Shown here: piece by piece, positions 19,675 to 27,982 of the stretch
Layout: every line of letters starts with the position of its first letter
Position numbering within the stretch: the first letter of the stretch is position 1
Origin: an uncultured virus (IMG/VR IMGVR_UViG_3300046804_005083)
Lineage: Duplodnaviria > Heunggongvirae > Uroviricota > Caudoviricetes
Reading direction: 5' to 3' (one strand)
Length of the DNA: 64,000 nt
IMG/VR virus record: IMGVR_UViG_3300046804_005083
Span: 1 to 64,000 of that record
Made by a program: the position numbers and the translations under genes
The notes under the pieces: model-generated
The model's input: the letters and a program-made list of their open reading frames with translations, nothing else
The model's database searches: none
What the model was told of the DNA's origin: nothing

Positions 19675-20364
19675 ATGGAAGGTCGTATTTACAAAATAAC
19701 AAATCAATCCAATGGTAAGTTCTATGTTGGTATGACCAGAAAGAAATTGAAATATAGATTTAATAATCATTGTTATGATGCATTAATTAGAAACTCAAAT
19801 TCTTATTTTCATAAAGCAATAAGAAAATATGGTAAAGAAAATTTTATCATTGAAGAAATTGAGGTGTGTGAAAAAAATTTGCCCGATAGAGAAGTATTTT
19901 GGATTTCTAAATTAAAACCTGATTATAACCAAACTATTGGTGGAGATAATGGTATTCTTGGATTTAGACATACCGAAGAAACTAAAAACTTTCTTTCCAA
20001 AAAAAGAAAGGGAAAATATACTGGAGAAAAAAATCCTTTTTATGGGCAGCATCATACACAAAAAACAAAAGATAAACTAAGTCAAATGAGAAAAGGACAA
20101 CCATCACCTTGCGGATTTGCTGGAAAATCACATAAAGAGGAAAGTAAATCTAAAACTTCTCAAACACTTAAAAATAATCCAAATGTAAAAAGAACCAAAG
20201 TATTTCAGTATGATATTGAAGGAAACTTTTTAAGGGAGTTCCAATCTATTAGTGATGCTTCTAAATTCGTAGGAACAACTCCTTCTAATATAAAATATAC
20301 CTGCGAAGGAAAATTTAATCATTGTAAAGGATATAAATGGAGTTATGAAAAACTAAATACCTAA
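19675..20364 (+). CDS. GIY-YIG homing endonuclease with NUMOD3/NUMOD1 DNA-binding modules
   Basis: GRIYKITN...FYVGMT...YNQTIGG; GEKNPFYG; VFQYDIEGNFLREFQSISDA. Confidence 0.9.
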   Translation: MEGRIYKITNQSNGKFYVGMTRKKLKYRFNNHCYDALIRNSNSYFHKAIRKYGKENFIIEEIEVCEKNLPDREVFWISKLKPDYNQTIGGDNGILGFRHTEETKNFLSKKRKGKYTGEKNPFYGQHHTQKTKDKLSQMRKGQPSPCGFAGKSHKEESKSKTSQTLKNNPNVKRTKVFQYDIEGNFLREFQSISDASKFVGTTPSNIKYTCEGKFNHCKGYKWSYEKLNT

Positions 20365-20377
20365 AAACAAATAAGAA

Positions 20378-20842
20378 ATGAAAACATTTCAAGAGTTTAT
20401 TGCAGAAGCAAAAAGAATAAAATTTTATACATTACATCACGGCACTTCTCCTGAAGCAAAAAAATCAATTCAACAATCTGGATTTAGAAATTCTGGTTCT
20501 GCTGGTGCTTATGGTCCTGGAGTATATACTTCTACTAATAGAAGAGTAGCAAATGTACACGGGAGTAGTACAATAACTATGAGAGTTCCTGCAAAGAAAG
20601 TAAAAACAATGGATATTAAACCTAAATCTCAATCTGGAACTAATGCATTAGATAAAGGTGAAACTGCAGTTAGAATACCAAATGCAGGAACAAGAACAAG
20701 TGCATATAGAAATCTAAAAGGAAAAAAACATTTTGTTGTAGTTGATAAAGATGTAGCAAATAAAAATGTTGTAAAAAATCCTTCACCTACACTTAAATCT
20801 GGTAAAGACAAAAGAACAAAAACACAACCAAAGAAAAAATAA
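20378..20842 (+). CDS. ADP-ribosyltransferase-fold protein with capsid-targeting-like N-terminus
   Basis: MKTFQEFIAEA start; LHHGTS...SIQQSGF...GAYGPGVYTS. Confidence 0.6.
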   Translation: MKTFQEFIAEAKRIKFYTLHHGTSPEAKKSIQQSGFRNSGSAGAYGPGVYTSTNRRVANVHGSSTITMRVPAKKVKTMDIKPKSQSGTNALDKGETAVRIPNAGTRTSAYRNLKGKKHFVVVDKDVANKNVVKNPSPTLKSGKDKRTKTQPKKK

Positions 20843-20898
20843 AACCATTTAATTAACTGGCACATACTATCTTGTTAAGTGTCAGTTAATGCTTTATA

Positions 20899-21132
20899 AT
20901 GACTTTGTTGGTAAAATCTAAAGCATTAGGTGAAGTTATGATTAAAAAGCAATATCCTTTTGTTGAAACTCCTAAACCTGTGAACGAAATGACGCAGGAT
21001 GAATTGACTTATTTTCTCAACAAAAGTTTTCCAGATGGCAAAATAATTCCAGATTACATCGTGACAGAATGGACTATTCCTTGGTGGGCAATTGCTTTAG
21101 GTTTGCTTGTCTTTATTTTAATCGTATTATGA
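20899..21132 (+). CDS. Small membrane protein (start may be 20938)
   Basis: C-terminal hydrophobic helix; sigma70-like promoter at 20872-20900. Confidence 0.5.
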   Translation: MTLLVKSKALGEVMIKKQYPFVETPKPVNEMTQDELTYFLNKSFPDGKIIPDYIVTEWTIPWWAIALGLLVFILIVL

Positions 21133-21195
21133 AATCCAAATATTTTTTAGAGGTAAATAGAATGTGTGAGTTAAGTTCAGTAGAGGAGGGAGAGT

Positions 21196-22386
21196 GTGAA
21201 TCCTGTGCAGTTTAAGATTTCTTCCACAGAAGAACCCCAAACAAATATTAAAGGAATGACTGTATTTAATACTGAAAAAGTTGACACTAAAAAACAACCA
21301 ATGTTTTTTGGAAAACCTCTTGGAATTCAGAGATACGATTCATACAAATATCCCGTATTTGATAAATTAACAACCCAACAACTTGGATATTTCTGGAGAC
21401 CTGAAGAGGTTTCTCTCCAGAAGGATCGTGGAGATTATCAAACACTTCGTCCTGAACAAAAACATATCTATACTTCTAATTTGAAATATCAGATCATGCT
21501 TGATTCTGTTCAGGGTCGTGGTCCTGGTATGGCATTTATTCCATATTGTTCTCTTCCTGAATTGGAAGCATGTATGGAAGTATGGGGATTTATGGAGATG
21601 ATCCATTCACGTTCATACACTTATATCATTAAGAACGTTTATTCGGACCCTTCTGAGGTGTTTGATACTATTATTCAAGATGAACGCATTCTAGAACGTG
21701 CTAAGAGTGTTACGGAGTCATATGATGACTTTATTCAATCAGCACAAAGTTATGGTACATCCAATGCTTGGATGCATAATCTTGAGGGAGTTTCATATGC
21801 AAAGGAATCAATCAACGATGTCAAAAGAAAACTTTACAGGGCAGTTGCGAACGTGAATATCCTTGAGGGTATTCGTTTTTATGTTTCTTTTGCTTGCAGT
21901 TTTGCTTTTGGTGAACTAAAACTCATGGAAGGATCCGCTAAAATCATTTCTCTTATCGCAAGAGACGAAAACCAACATCTAGCAATTACTCAAAATATTC
22001 TAAACAAGTGGAGGGATGGTGACGATCCTGAGATGAAGCAGATTATGAAAGAAGAAGAAGAGTGGACGTATAAGATGTTTGATATTGCTGTAAATGAAGA
22101 AAAGCGTTGGGCAGATTATCTGTTCAAAGATGGAAGTATGATTGGTCTGAATGATAAACTTCTTCAGCAATATGTTGAATGGATTGCTAATCGTCGTCTA
22201 AAATCTATTGGTCTTAAACCTCAATATGATATTTCGGCAAACAATAACCCTCTTCCATGGACTCAGCACTGGATTTCTTCCAAAGGTCTTCAGGTTGCTC
22301 CACAAGAAACGGAAATCGAAAGTTACGTAGTTGGAGGAATTAAGCAAGATGTTACCAAAAATACTTTTGCAGGATTCCAACTATGA
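21196..22386 (+). CDS. nrdB: Ribonucleotide reductase class Ia beta subunit
   Basis: FWRPEEV, DSVQGR, EMIHSRSY, EGIRFY, RDENQH, APQETE. Confidence 0.96.
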   Translation: MNPVQFKISSTEEPQTNIKGMTVFNTEKVDTKKQPMFFGKPLGIQRYDSYKYPVFDKLTTQQLGYFWRPEEVSLQKDRGDYQTLRPEQKHIYTSNLKYQIMLDSVQGRGPGMAFIPYCSLPELEACMEVWGFMEMIHSRSYTYIIKNVYSDPSEVFDTIIQDERILERAKSVTESYDDFIQSAQSYGTSNAWMHNLEGVSYAKESINDVKRKLYRAVANVNILEGIRFYVSFACSFAFGELKLMEGSAKIISLIARDENQHLAITQNILNKWRDGDDPEMKQIMKEEEEWTYKMFDIAVNEEKRWADYLFKDGSMIGLNDKLLQQYVEWIANRRLKSIGLKPQYDISANNNPLPWTQHWISSKGLQVAPQETEIESYVVGGIKQDVTKNTFAGFQL

Positions 22387-22664
22387 TGAATGGTGCGAAC
22401 AGGCAATCATAAATGCCTATAGAGAGGCTGCAGAATGTGATGAGTTTATGTTCGGAGATTATGACTTTTGTAACGAATGGTTGGGTGCAAATGAATAGAT
22501 ATAGGAGGTTATACCTCCTTTTTTTATGTCAAAAAATCAACTTACAAAAGATGAATTAAGAGTTCGTGTTTTAAAACTAAAAGATAGATTATATAAAGAT
22601 CAACCAAGTTGGGACTCTAAAGGTCTTGCCCATAAATATCTGAATGCAGTTCTTGACATAATTG

Positions 22665-23108
22665 ATGAGTACAGATATTGACTATGAGAATCCTTGGAAC
22701 TATAATGGAGTTCCATTTACTAGTGCAGACATTAATGATTATTTTGGGTTTGTTTATTTGATAGAAAATAAACTGAATGGTAGAAAATATATTGGCAGAA
22801 AATATCTATGGAGTTTTAGAACTCCTAAAGGTAAAAAAAGAAAAGTAAAATCAGAATCAGATTGGAAAAAATACTATGGGTCTTGTCCGGAACTTAAAGA
22901 AGACATTGAAAAATTTGGCAGAGAAAATTTTAGTAGAACTATCTTATCATTACATAAAACAAAGGGCAAAACAAACTACGAAGAGACACGACAACTTTTC
23001 ACAAATAACGTACTCACGGAGTCCCTTGACAACGGATATCCAGCCTATTACAATAGTAACATCCTCTCAAGGTACTACCGAAAAGATTACTATGGAAACC
23101 CAGATTGA
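22665..23108 (+). CDS. GIY-YIG family nuclease (conserved in T4-like cyanophages)
   Basis: GFVYLIEN...KYIGRK...ESDWKKYYGS...YYNSNI. Confidence 0.8.
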   Translation: MSTDIDYENPWNYNGVPFTSADINDYFGFVYLIENKLNGRKYIGRKYLWSFRTPKGKKRKVKSESDWKKYYGSCPELKEDIEKFGRENFSRTILSLHKTKGKTNYEETRQLFTNNVLTESLDNGYPAYYNSNILSRYYRKDYYGNPD

Positions 23109-23301
23109 TCCTGTTAATTATGTTCGTGACTGGGCAATTGAAAAAATTGAACTTCTGCATGAAGCAGATCGTCACAGGAATGCAAAAGCACTTCTAGCAG
23201 AGTTTGATGAGTGGATTAATCTTCCAGAAGGTGAAGATGAAATCAATTATCTGTGCCTTGAAGATGATACATGGGGTGATCAAGAAATTGATGTACGGTA
23301 A
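23092..23301 (+). CDS. Hypothetical protein
   Basis: ATG at 23092, acidic 69-aa ORF. Confidence 0.55.
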   Translation: METQIDPVNYVRDWAIEKIELLHEADRHRNAKALLAEFDEWINLPEGEDEINYLCLEDDTWGDQEIDVR

Positions 23302-23406
23302 ACCAAATTATTGACAAAACCTAAATATTAACTTATTATGGTAAAAACCGATCTAGGTTCCCCATTATGAGTGGGGTTTTCTTATTATGAGTCTTTGATA
23401 TTGATT

Positions 23407-23475
23407 TAGAGCCGTGGGCACTGCCCCTTGAGAAAGGGGAACTTCTCCTTTGCCTATACGGATGTAGAGTTCTAT
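23407..23475 (+). ncRNA. Candidate structured RNA leader upstream of rlpA-like gene
   Basis: Nested stems tagagc/gttcta, ccgt-gggca/tgcct-acgg, and cccctt-GAGA-aagggg. Confidence 0.5.
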
Positions 23476-23483
23476 TAATTTTA

Positions 23484-23846
23484 ATGCTTTTAAAAACACT
23501 TTCAATTATTGCTATTGCCACTGTAGGACTAGCACCCCTTCAAGCAAAAGCAGCGAGCGGATGTTCCCTCGCATCACATTATGGAATCGGTGATGGATAT
23601 CATGGCAGAATTACTGCAAGTGGAGAAACATTCAATGCTTATGGTAAATCTGTTGCACATCGTTGGTTGCCATTTGGTACGAAACTGAGGGTGACTAATC
23701 AATCAAATGGTAAATCAGTGATTGTGCGTGTAAATGATCGTGGACCTTATGTTGGTGGCAGAGATCTTGATCTATCATATGGTGCATTCTCTTCTATTGC
23801 TTCACCAAGTCAAGGCGTTGCCAACATTTGCTATGCTCAGATCTAA
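23484..23846 (+). CDS. RlpA-like double-psi beta-barrel lytic transglycosylase with signal peptide
   Basis: ASHYG...TASGE...AHRWLPFGT...VRVNDRGPY...DLDLSYGAF. Confidence 0.9.
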   Translation: MLLKTLSIIAIATVGLAPLQAKAASGCSLASHYGIGDGYHGRITASGETFNAYGKSVAHRWLPFGTKLRVTNQSNGKSVIVRVNDRGPYVGGRDLDLSYGAFSSIASPSQGVANICYAQI

Positions 23847-23925
23847 TTAGGTAATAAATAAGGGTGAGTGCTGCAGACCTTACCCTTTCTTAGTATATAA
23901 ATAATTTTTTTTAAATTGGAGTATT

Positions 23926-24117
23926 ATGTCGGATACCGTACAAAAAATGCTTGAGGCATTTGAAAATTTGAAAATTGAAGATGAAAAATTTGTAAATGGT
24001 AATAGTTCTGCTGGAACTAGAGCACGTAAAGCACTTCAAGAAATTGCACAACTTGCAAAAGCACGTAGAGTAGAAATTACAGAGGAGAAGAATGCTCGTA
24101 AAGGAGCAAATACCTGA
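23926..24117 (+). CDS. Small basic protein, histone H1-like Hc1-type
   Basis: KFVNGNSSAGTRARKALQEIAQLAKARRVEI; late promoter upstream. Confidence 0.6.
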   Translation: MSDTVQKMLEAFENLKIEDEKFVNGNSSAGTRARKALQEIAQLAKARRVEITEEKNARKGANT

Positions 24118-24155
24118 ACCATAAATACATGGGAGTGTGATGCTTTTCTTTCCTT

Positions 24156-24554
24156 ATGTTCAAATTTAGTTTTGGAAAAAAGAAAGCAACAATAAAAACA
24201 ATACTTATACTTAGTTTAATAGTTGCAGCACTCTCTTCTTTTTTTAAAATTGAAGACAAATATATTTGGGATATTATTTACGAAACCTTAGTAAAGTATC
24301 AACCAGATTCTCCACTTATACCAGAATTGCAGAAAGATTCTGGTATAGTGGAAAGAAAATCAAAAAGAACCGTTGATAAAGCAATCTATGATTATGAACG
24401 GTTGACAGGGGACGATGGAACTGTTAGAATTCCATCACCACGACATTCGGAGAAACCAGTAGACACCTCTGTGTGCTACACTTCCGAATGTCAGGCATTA
24501 GGAGGAGAAATCCGACTCTGTGCTCCTTGGGTTGACGACTGCCCTAAGGACTGA
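24156..24554 (+). CDS. Hypothetical membrane-anchored protein
   Basis: N-terminal TM segment; Cys-rich C-terminus. Confidence 0.6.
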   Translation: MFKFSFGKKKATIKTILILSLIVAALSSFFKIEDKYIWDIIYETLVKYQPDSPLIPELQKDSGIVERKSKRTVDKAIYDYERLTGDDGTVRIPSPRHSEKPVDTSVCYTSECQALGGEIRLCAPWVDDCPKD

Positions 24555-24646
24555 TATAATAATCTCACAGGCAACAGGGGTCCAAACCTTGTGTAAGTCC
24601 TACACCTTCCATGCCTCTCAACGATGCACAAACAGGAAGGTCTCTT

Positions 24647-24720
24647 GTCTCAGTAGCTCAGTTGGATAGAGCATCTGCCTTCTAAGCAGTTGGTCGGGGG
24701 TTCAAGTCCCTCCTGAGACG
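24647..24720 (+). tRNA. tRNA-Arg (UCU)
   Basis: Cloverleaf; anticodon loop CTTCTAA; T loop TTCAAGT. Confidence 0.92.
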
Positions 24721-24760
24721 TTTGACAATCAAACTTAAGTAGTTTATGATTGTCTCATAT

Positions 24761-24832
24761 GCGGAGTTAGTTCAGCGGTAGAACGCTATCCTTCCAAGTT
24801 AGATGTCGTCGGTTCGATTCCGATACTCCGCT
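24761..24832 (+). tRNA. tRNA-Gly (UCC)
   Basis: GCGGAGT/ACTCCGC acceptor stem; loop CTTCCAA; U73; own promoter TTGACA-17-TATGAT. Confidence 0.92.
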
Positions 24833-24890
24833 CTTGGAGATTATTCTCCATATATAAAAGTGATGGAGCATAAGTCCCTGTTATATTCTT

Positions 24891-25109
24891 ATGAAGTATA
24901 TTACACTTATGTCATCAATCTTATTCTTTATGAAGGAAGAAGTTAATTCTATAAACATCGCAAGACTTCTAAGTGAACTTGAAGGTTCATATGTCCTCAC
25001 CAAATATATGGGATTTGAGGATGATATGAAAATTCTTGACGAAATGAAAAAACGATTTTATAAACTTTATTTCAAACTTTATAAAGAAGAAAAAAATAAT
25101 GGGGTGTAG
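24891..25109 (+). CDS. Hypothetical protein (start uncertain)
   Basis: ORF between tRNAs; 3' end overlaps tRNA-Asn by 10 nt. Confidence 0.45.
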   Translation: MKYITLMSSILFFMKEEVNSINIARLLSELEGSYVLTKYMGFEDDMKILDEMKKRFYKLYFKLYKEEKNNGV

Positions 25110-25172
25110 CTCAGCGGTAGTAGCGGGATGCTGTTAACATCTAGGTCGCAGGTTCGATCCCTGCCGCCCCAG
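25100..25172 (+). tRNA. tRNA-Asn (GUU)
   Basis: Cloverleaf; anticodon loop CTGTTAA. Confidence 0.92.
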
Positions 25173-25173
25173 T

Positions 25174-25357
25174 TGATAGGGTTGGAAATGTCCGATTCTA
25201 TCATATTTTCACCGCCCTCTAATGCGGTGAAAATTGCGGAAAGTGTCTTCCGCTGGTGATGGGCACTCATCACCGTTCTGTAGGTGCCAAATACCCCTTC
25301 TGGTTACGACTGGAAGAAGTAAAGAGGGAGAACATAGGTAAAGTTCTTTCCACCTAC
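25174..25357 (+). ncRNA. Multi-hairpin structured RNA within the tRNA cluster (possibly manA-motif related)
   Basis: At least six helices, complementary loops (agtgtc/ggcact), UACG tetraloop, closing stem gtaggtg/cacctac. Confidence 0.6.
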
Positions 25358-25361
25358 CATA

Positions 25362-25436
25362 TCCTCTGCGTAGTCCATTGGTAAGGACGGGTGGACAACA
25401 CACATGGAAACTGGGTTCGATTCCCAGCCAGAGGAC
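25362..25436 (+). ncRNA. tRNA-like RNA with aberrant anticodon arm
   Basis: Acceptor tcctctg/cagagga; D arm gtcc-attggtaa-ggac; T arm ctggg-TTCGATT-cccag; no 7-nt anticodon loop. Confidence 0.65.
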
Positions 25437-25438
25437 AC

Positions 25439-25511
25439 GGGGAATTAACTCAGTTGGTAGAGTGACAGCTTTGCAAGCTGTAAGTCAGGGGTTCAAGTCC
25501 CCTATTCTCCA
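25439..25511 (+). tRNA. tRNA-Ala (UGC)
   Basis: Loop TTTGCAA; G3:U70 identity pair. Confidence 0.93.
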
Positions 25512-25538
25512 TTGCATAAATATTTCAAAAAGAGTATA

Positions 25539-26048
25539 ATGGAAAAACTGTTTAAACTCTTAAGTGATGCTCAGGCATCACTTTTTGTTCTATTTCATAA
25601 AACTTGGGTTTATCATTGGAATGTTGTTGGAAAAGATTTCCAGCAACTTCATACTCTTTTTGGTGGTCAGTATGAGACTATGTTTGAGGAGATTGATCGT
25701 CTCTCAGAACATATGAGATACTTGAATGTAAAACCTTTGAGTAGTTTAGATCGTGTTCTTGAGGTTTCTAAAATTAAAGAAGCATCAAGTTCTGCGAATT
25801 CTGAGAGTATGATCTCAGATCTTCTTCAATCAAATAATGATTTTTGTGATATGATGAGAGGAATATCTGAAGAAGCAGAAACTCAAAAACAGTATGCTAC
25901 AGCAAATCTAGTTCAGGATTTAATGGAGTCTCACGGTAAGTTTGTTTGGATGCTTCGTTCATTCTCAGATTCTGGATCTAAAAAAGTTCAAGAAGAAGTG
26001 GAGGAAGTTGTTGAAGAACAAATAAAAGAAGAAACAACTGAAGAATAA
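25539..26048 (+). CDS. dps: Dps / ferritin-like DNA protection protein
   Basis: HWNVVG..F..LHTLF...IDRLSEHMR...KFVWML. Confidence 0.88.
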   Translation: MEKLFKLLSDAQASLFVLFHKTWVYHWNVVGKDFQQLHTLFGGQYETMFEEIDRLSEHMRYLNVKPLSSLDRVLEVSKIKEASSSANSESMISDLLQSNNDFCDMMRGISEEAETQKQYATANLVQDLMESHGKFVWMLRSFSDSGSKKVQEEVEEVVEEQIKEETTEE

Positions 26049-26056
26049 TTAGGATT

Positions 26057-26314
26057 ATGGAAAACTTAAAAATAAGATGCCGTACTTGCGGCAGAGAGTT
26101 GGAGGGACATCCAACAAAAACAATATCTTGTGGTTGCTCCAACATGGCAACAATTCGTGGAGATAAGATTTCGGCACTTGACTTATCTCAAATTGTTATG
26201 TTAAACTCATTGAAGCAAAATCAAAACAAAAGTGTCCTAACTTCTCAAGATATTGCTTGGCAAGAAGCACGTCGTCAACGTAAAGTTAGACGACTTGATT
26301 TTGAAGTCCGTTAA
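26057..26314 (+). CDS. Small Cys-rich (putative Zn-binding) protein
   Basis: CRTC...SCGCSN. Confidence 0.65.
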   Translation: MENLKIRCRTCGRELEGHPTKTISCGCSNMATIRGDKISALDLSQIVMLNSLKQNQNKSVLTSQDIAWQEARRQRKVRRLDFEVR

Positions 26315-26326
26315 GCACTTAATATT

Positions 26327-26413
26327 GGAAGCGTGGCAGAGTCCGGTTTATTGCGTTTGTCTTGAAAACAAATGAGGGTAACACCTCCACTGGTTCAAAT
26401 CCAGTCGCTTCCG
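26327..26413 (+). tRNA. tRNA-Ser (UGA)
   Basis: Loop CTTGAAA; long variable arm; G73. Confidence 0.92.
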
Positions 26414-26675
26414 TTAATAAACATTATAAATTTAACATTTTCTTAAACAGTGTTACGTAATGAACACAATTTGTTGACGATGAAAAGTCTGTGATTAGTA
26501 TATAGTAGTACTAACGCAAAAAACCCATGGATCAGCATACTTATGAGAACTGGGTAAAAATTAAAGCAACATTTGAAGAATCGGGTAACACTGATAATAT
26601 GTTTTATAAGAGAGCAGTGGAAATTGTAAAAACGAGGAGAGATCCTCTGGCAAAGTTTCTTGGAGATGAGAAATA

Positions 26676-26879
26676 ATGATGGAACCTCAAGACGAATTTA
26701 TTACTCGTTCAGAAGTTCAGGAGATGATTGATGCAGCAATACGACGACACAACCGTAATGCTTCTATCATTAGTATGTGCGTCGGTTGGGTGGTTCTTGC
26801 TTTATTTGCTGAAGGACTACTCCGATTGATTGGTGTGATTCCCCCAATTCTACCTTGGCTTAAAATCACTTTAAACTAA
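26676..26879 (+). CDS. Small membrane protein
   Basis: EVQEMIDAAIRRHNRNAS followed by a TM helix. Confidence 0.6.
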   Translation: MMEPQDEFITRSEVQEMIDAAIRRHNRNASIISMCVGWVVLALFAEGLLRLIGVIPPILPWLKITLN

Positions 26880-27178
26880 TGTCAGAAGAAGATTTAGAAG
26901 AACTATTAAAAAGAGTTTTACAACAAAAAATGAATGAACTTTTTGAAGAACCTTCTACATACGAGGACGAAGAAGATGAATAGTACCATATATACAGCAA
27001 TGACAATTTTTGGTATAATAGGATTGTTCATTATTTGGGCACTTACTCACGCATATCCACAATGATTTTCCATATCGTTGAAGCACTCGCAGTAAATCCT
27101 TTCTTTCTTTTTCTTTGCGGGTGTGGGTTGACAATCATTCCATTTGCTGGTATTATGTATATACATAGAGATAAGTAA

Positions 27179-27252
27179 CCGGGTTTAGCGCAGTTTGGTA
27201 GCGCATCTGCTTTGGGAGCAGAGGGTCGCAGGTTCGAATCCTGCAACTCGGA
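27179..27252 (+). tRNA. tRNA-Pro (UGG)
   Basis: Loop TTTGGGA; cloverleaf. Confidence 0.92.
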
Positions 27253-27268
27253 CTCATAAAATTACTTT

Positions 27269-27502
27269 ATGAAAATGAATCAAGAAATCGAAAAACTTCC
27301 ATCCTTTACAATTGAAGAGTTTCAAGTAGATTTTGATAATCTTATGAATAGAGTGGAAAACGGAGAAACACTACTTATTAAAAGTGAACACGGAAACGCA
27401 GTAATGGTTCCTTATAAAGAAGTCGTTAGTGTATGTAATGAAGCAAGTGTGGATTTTGAAGAGATAGTTAAAATCCACACAGACCACGAAGAAGGGTCTT
27501 GA
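27269..27502 (+). CDS. Hypothetical protein with a possible Phd/YefM-like N-terminus
   Basis: FTIEEFQVDFDNLMNRVENGETLLI resembles Phd antitoxin DNA-binding domain; family call is weak. Confidence 0.4.
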   Translation: MKMNQEIEKLPSFTIEEFQVDFDNLMNRVENGETLLIKSEHGNAVMVPYKEVVSVCNEASVDFEEIVKIHTDHEEGS

Positions 27503-27540
27503 CGAAGGGTTCCAAATCTCCTACAATGATTTGGTCTTAA

Positions 27541-27612
27541 GGGGGTGTCGCATAAAGGTCAATGCGCTCTGCTTATAACGGAGTCATCCTGGTTCAAGTC
27601 CAGGCATCCCTA
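27541..27612 (+). tRNA. tRNA-Ile (UAU)
   Basis: Anticodon arm ctctg-CTTATAA-cggag; T loop TTCAAGT. Confidence 0.82.
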
Positions 27613-27616
27613 CCTT

Positions 27617-27689
27617 GCTGGTTTAGCTCTCTGGAGAAAGCACTGCCCTCATAAGGCAAGATAGGTCGGTTCGATCCCGACAACCAGCA
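27617..27689 (+). tRNA. tRNA with CAU anticodon (Met or lysidine-Ile2)
   Basis: Loop CTCATAA; gctggtt/aaccagc acceptor stem. Confidence 0.85.
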
Positions 27690-27767
27690 CTTGGACACTT
27701 ACCAAAGTGTCCCACTTGACTTTCCCAAGTCAAACTTTTATAATAACAAGGTCAACATTCAAAACAA

Positions 27768-27982
27768 TGACTCTTACAGCAAAATTCAAGAAAGACGTTC
27801 AAACTCTTCGTGGTGCCGCAAATGGCGAATTCTACCTTGATGTGAAGAATCCAAAACTCTACAAAAAGGTTCGTCGTTATTATGAAAACGAAGGTGTAGT
27901 TTTCTCTGGTGATCCTCTGGATGATTATGAGATGCTTATGGAATATGTTCTTGCTGATCTTGAATCTGTAGAAGTGGCATGA
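27768..27982 (+). CDS. Conserved cyanophage hypothetical protein
   Basis: MTLTAKFKKD...LDVKNPKLYKKV; promoter TTGACT-17-TATAAT at 27716-44. Confidence 0.7.

Noticed and set aside
17321..22386. Inteins or introns in nrdA/nrdB
   Set aside because: Both are continuous and of normal length with catalytic motifs intact; insertions are only intergenic.
25079..25403. Minus-strand ORFs over tRNA-Asn and the structured RNA
   Set aside because: Incidental frames across RNA genes; the same applies to 27043..27246 over tRNA-Pro.
25174..25436. tmRNA or RNase P RNA interpretation of the structured region
   Set aside because: The tRNA-like part is self-contained with its own D arm; no tag reading frame or RNase P P4 consensus recognised.
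27269..27502. Toxin-antitoxin pair
   Set aside because: Only a weak Phd-like resemblance and no adjacent toxin gene; flanked by tRNAs.
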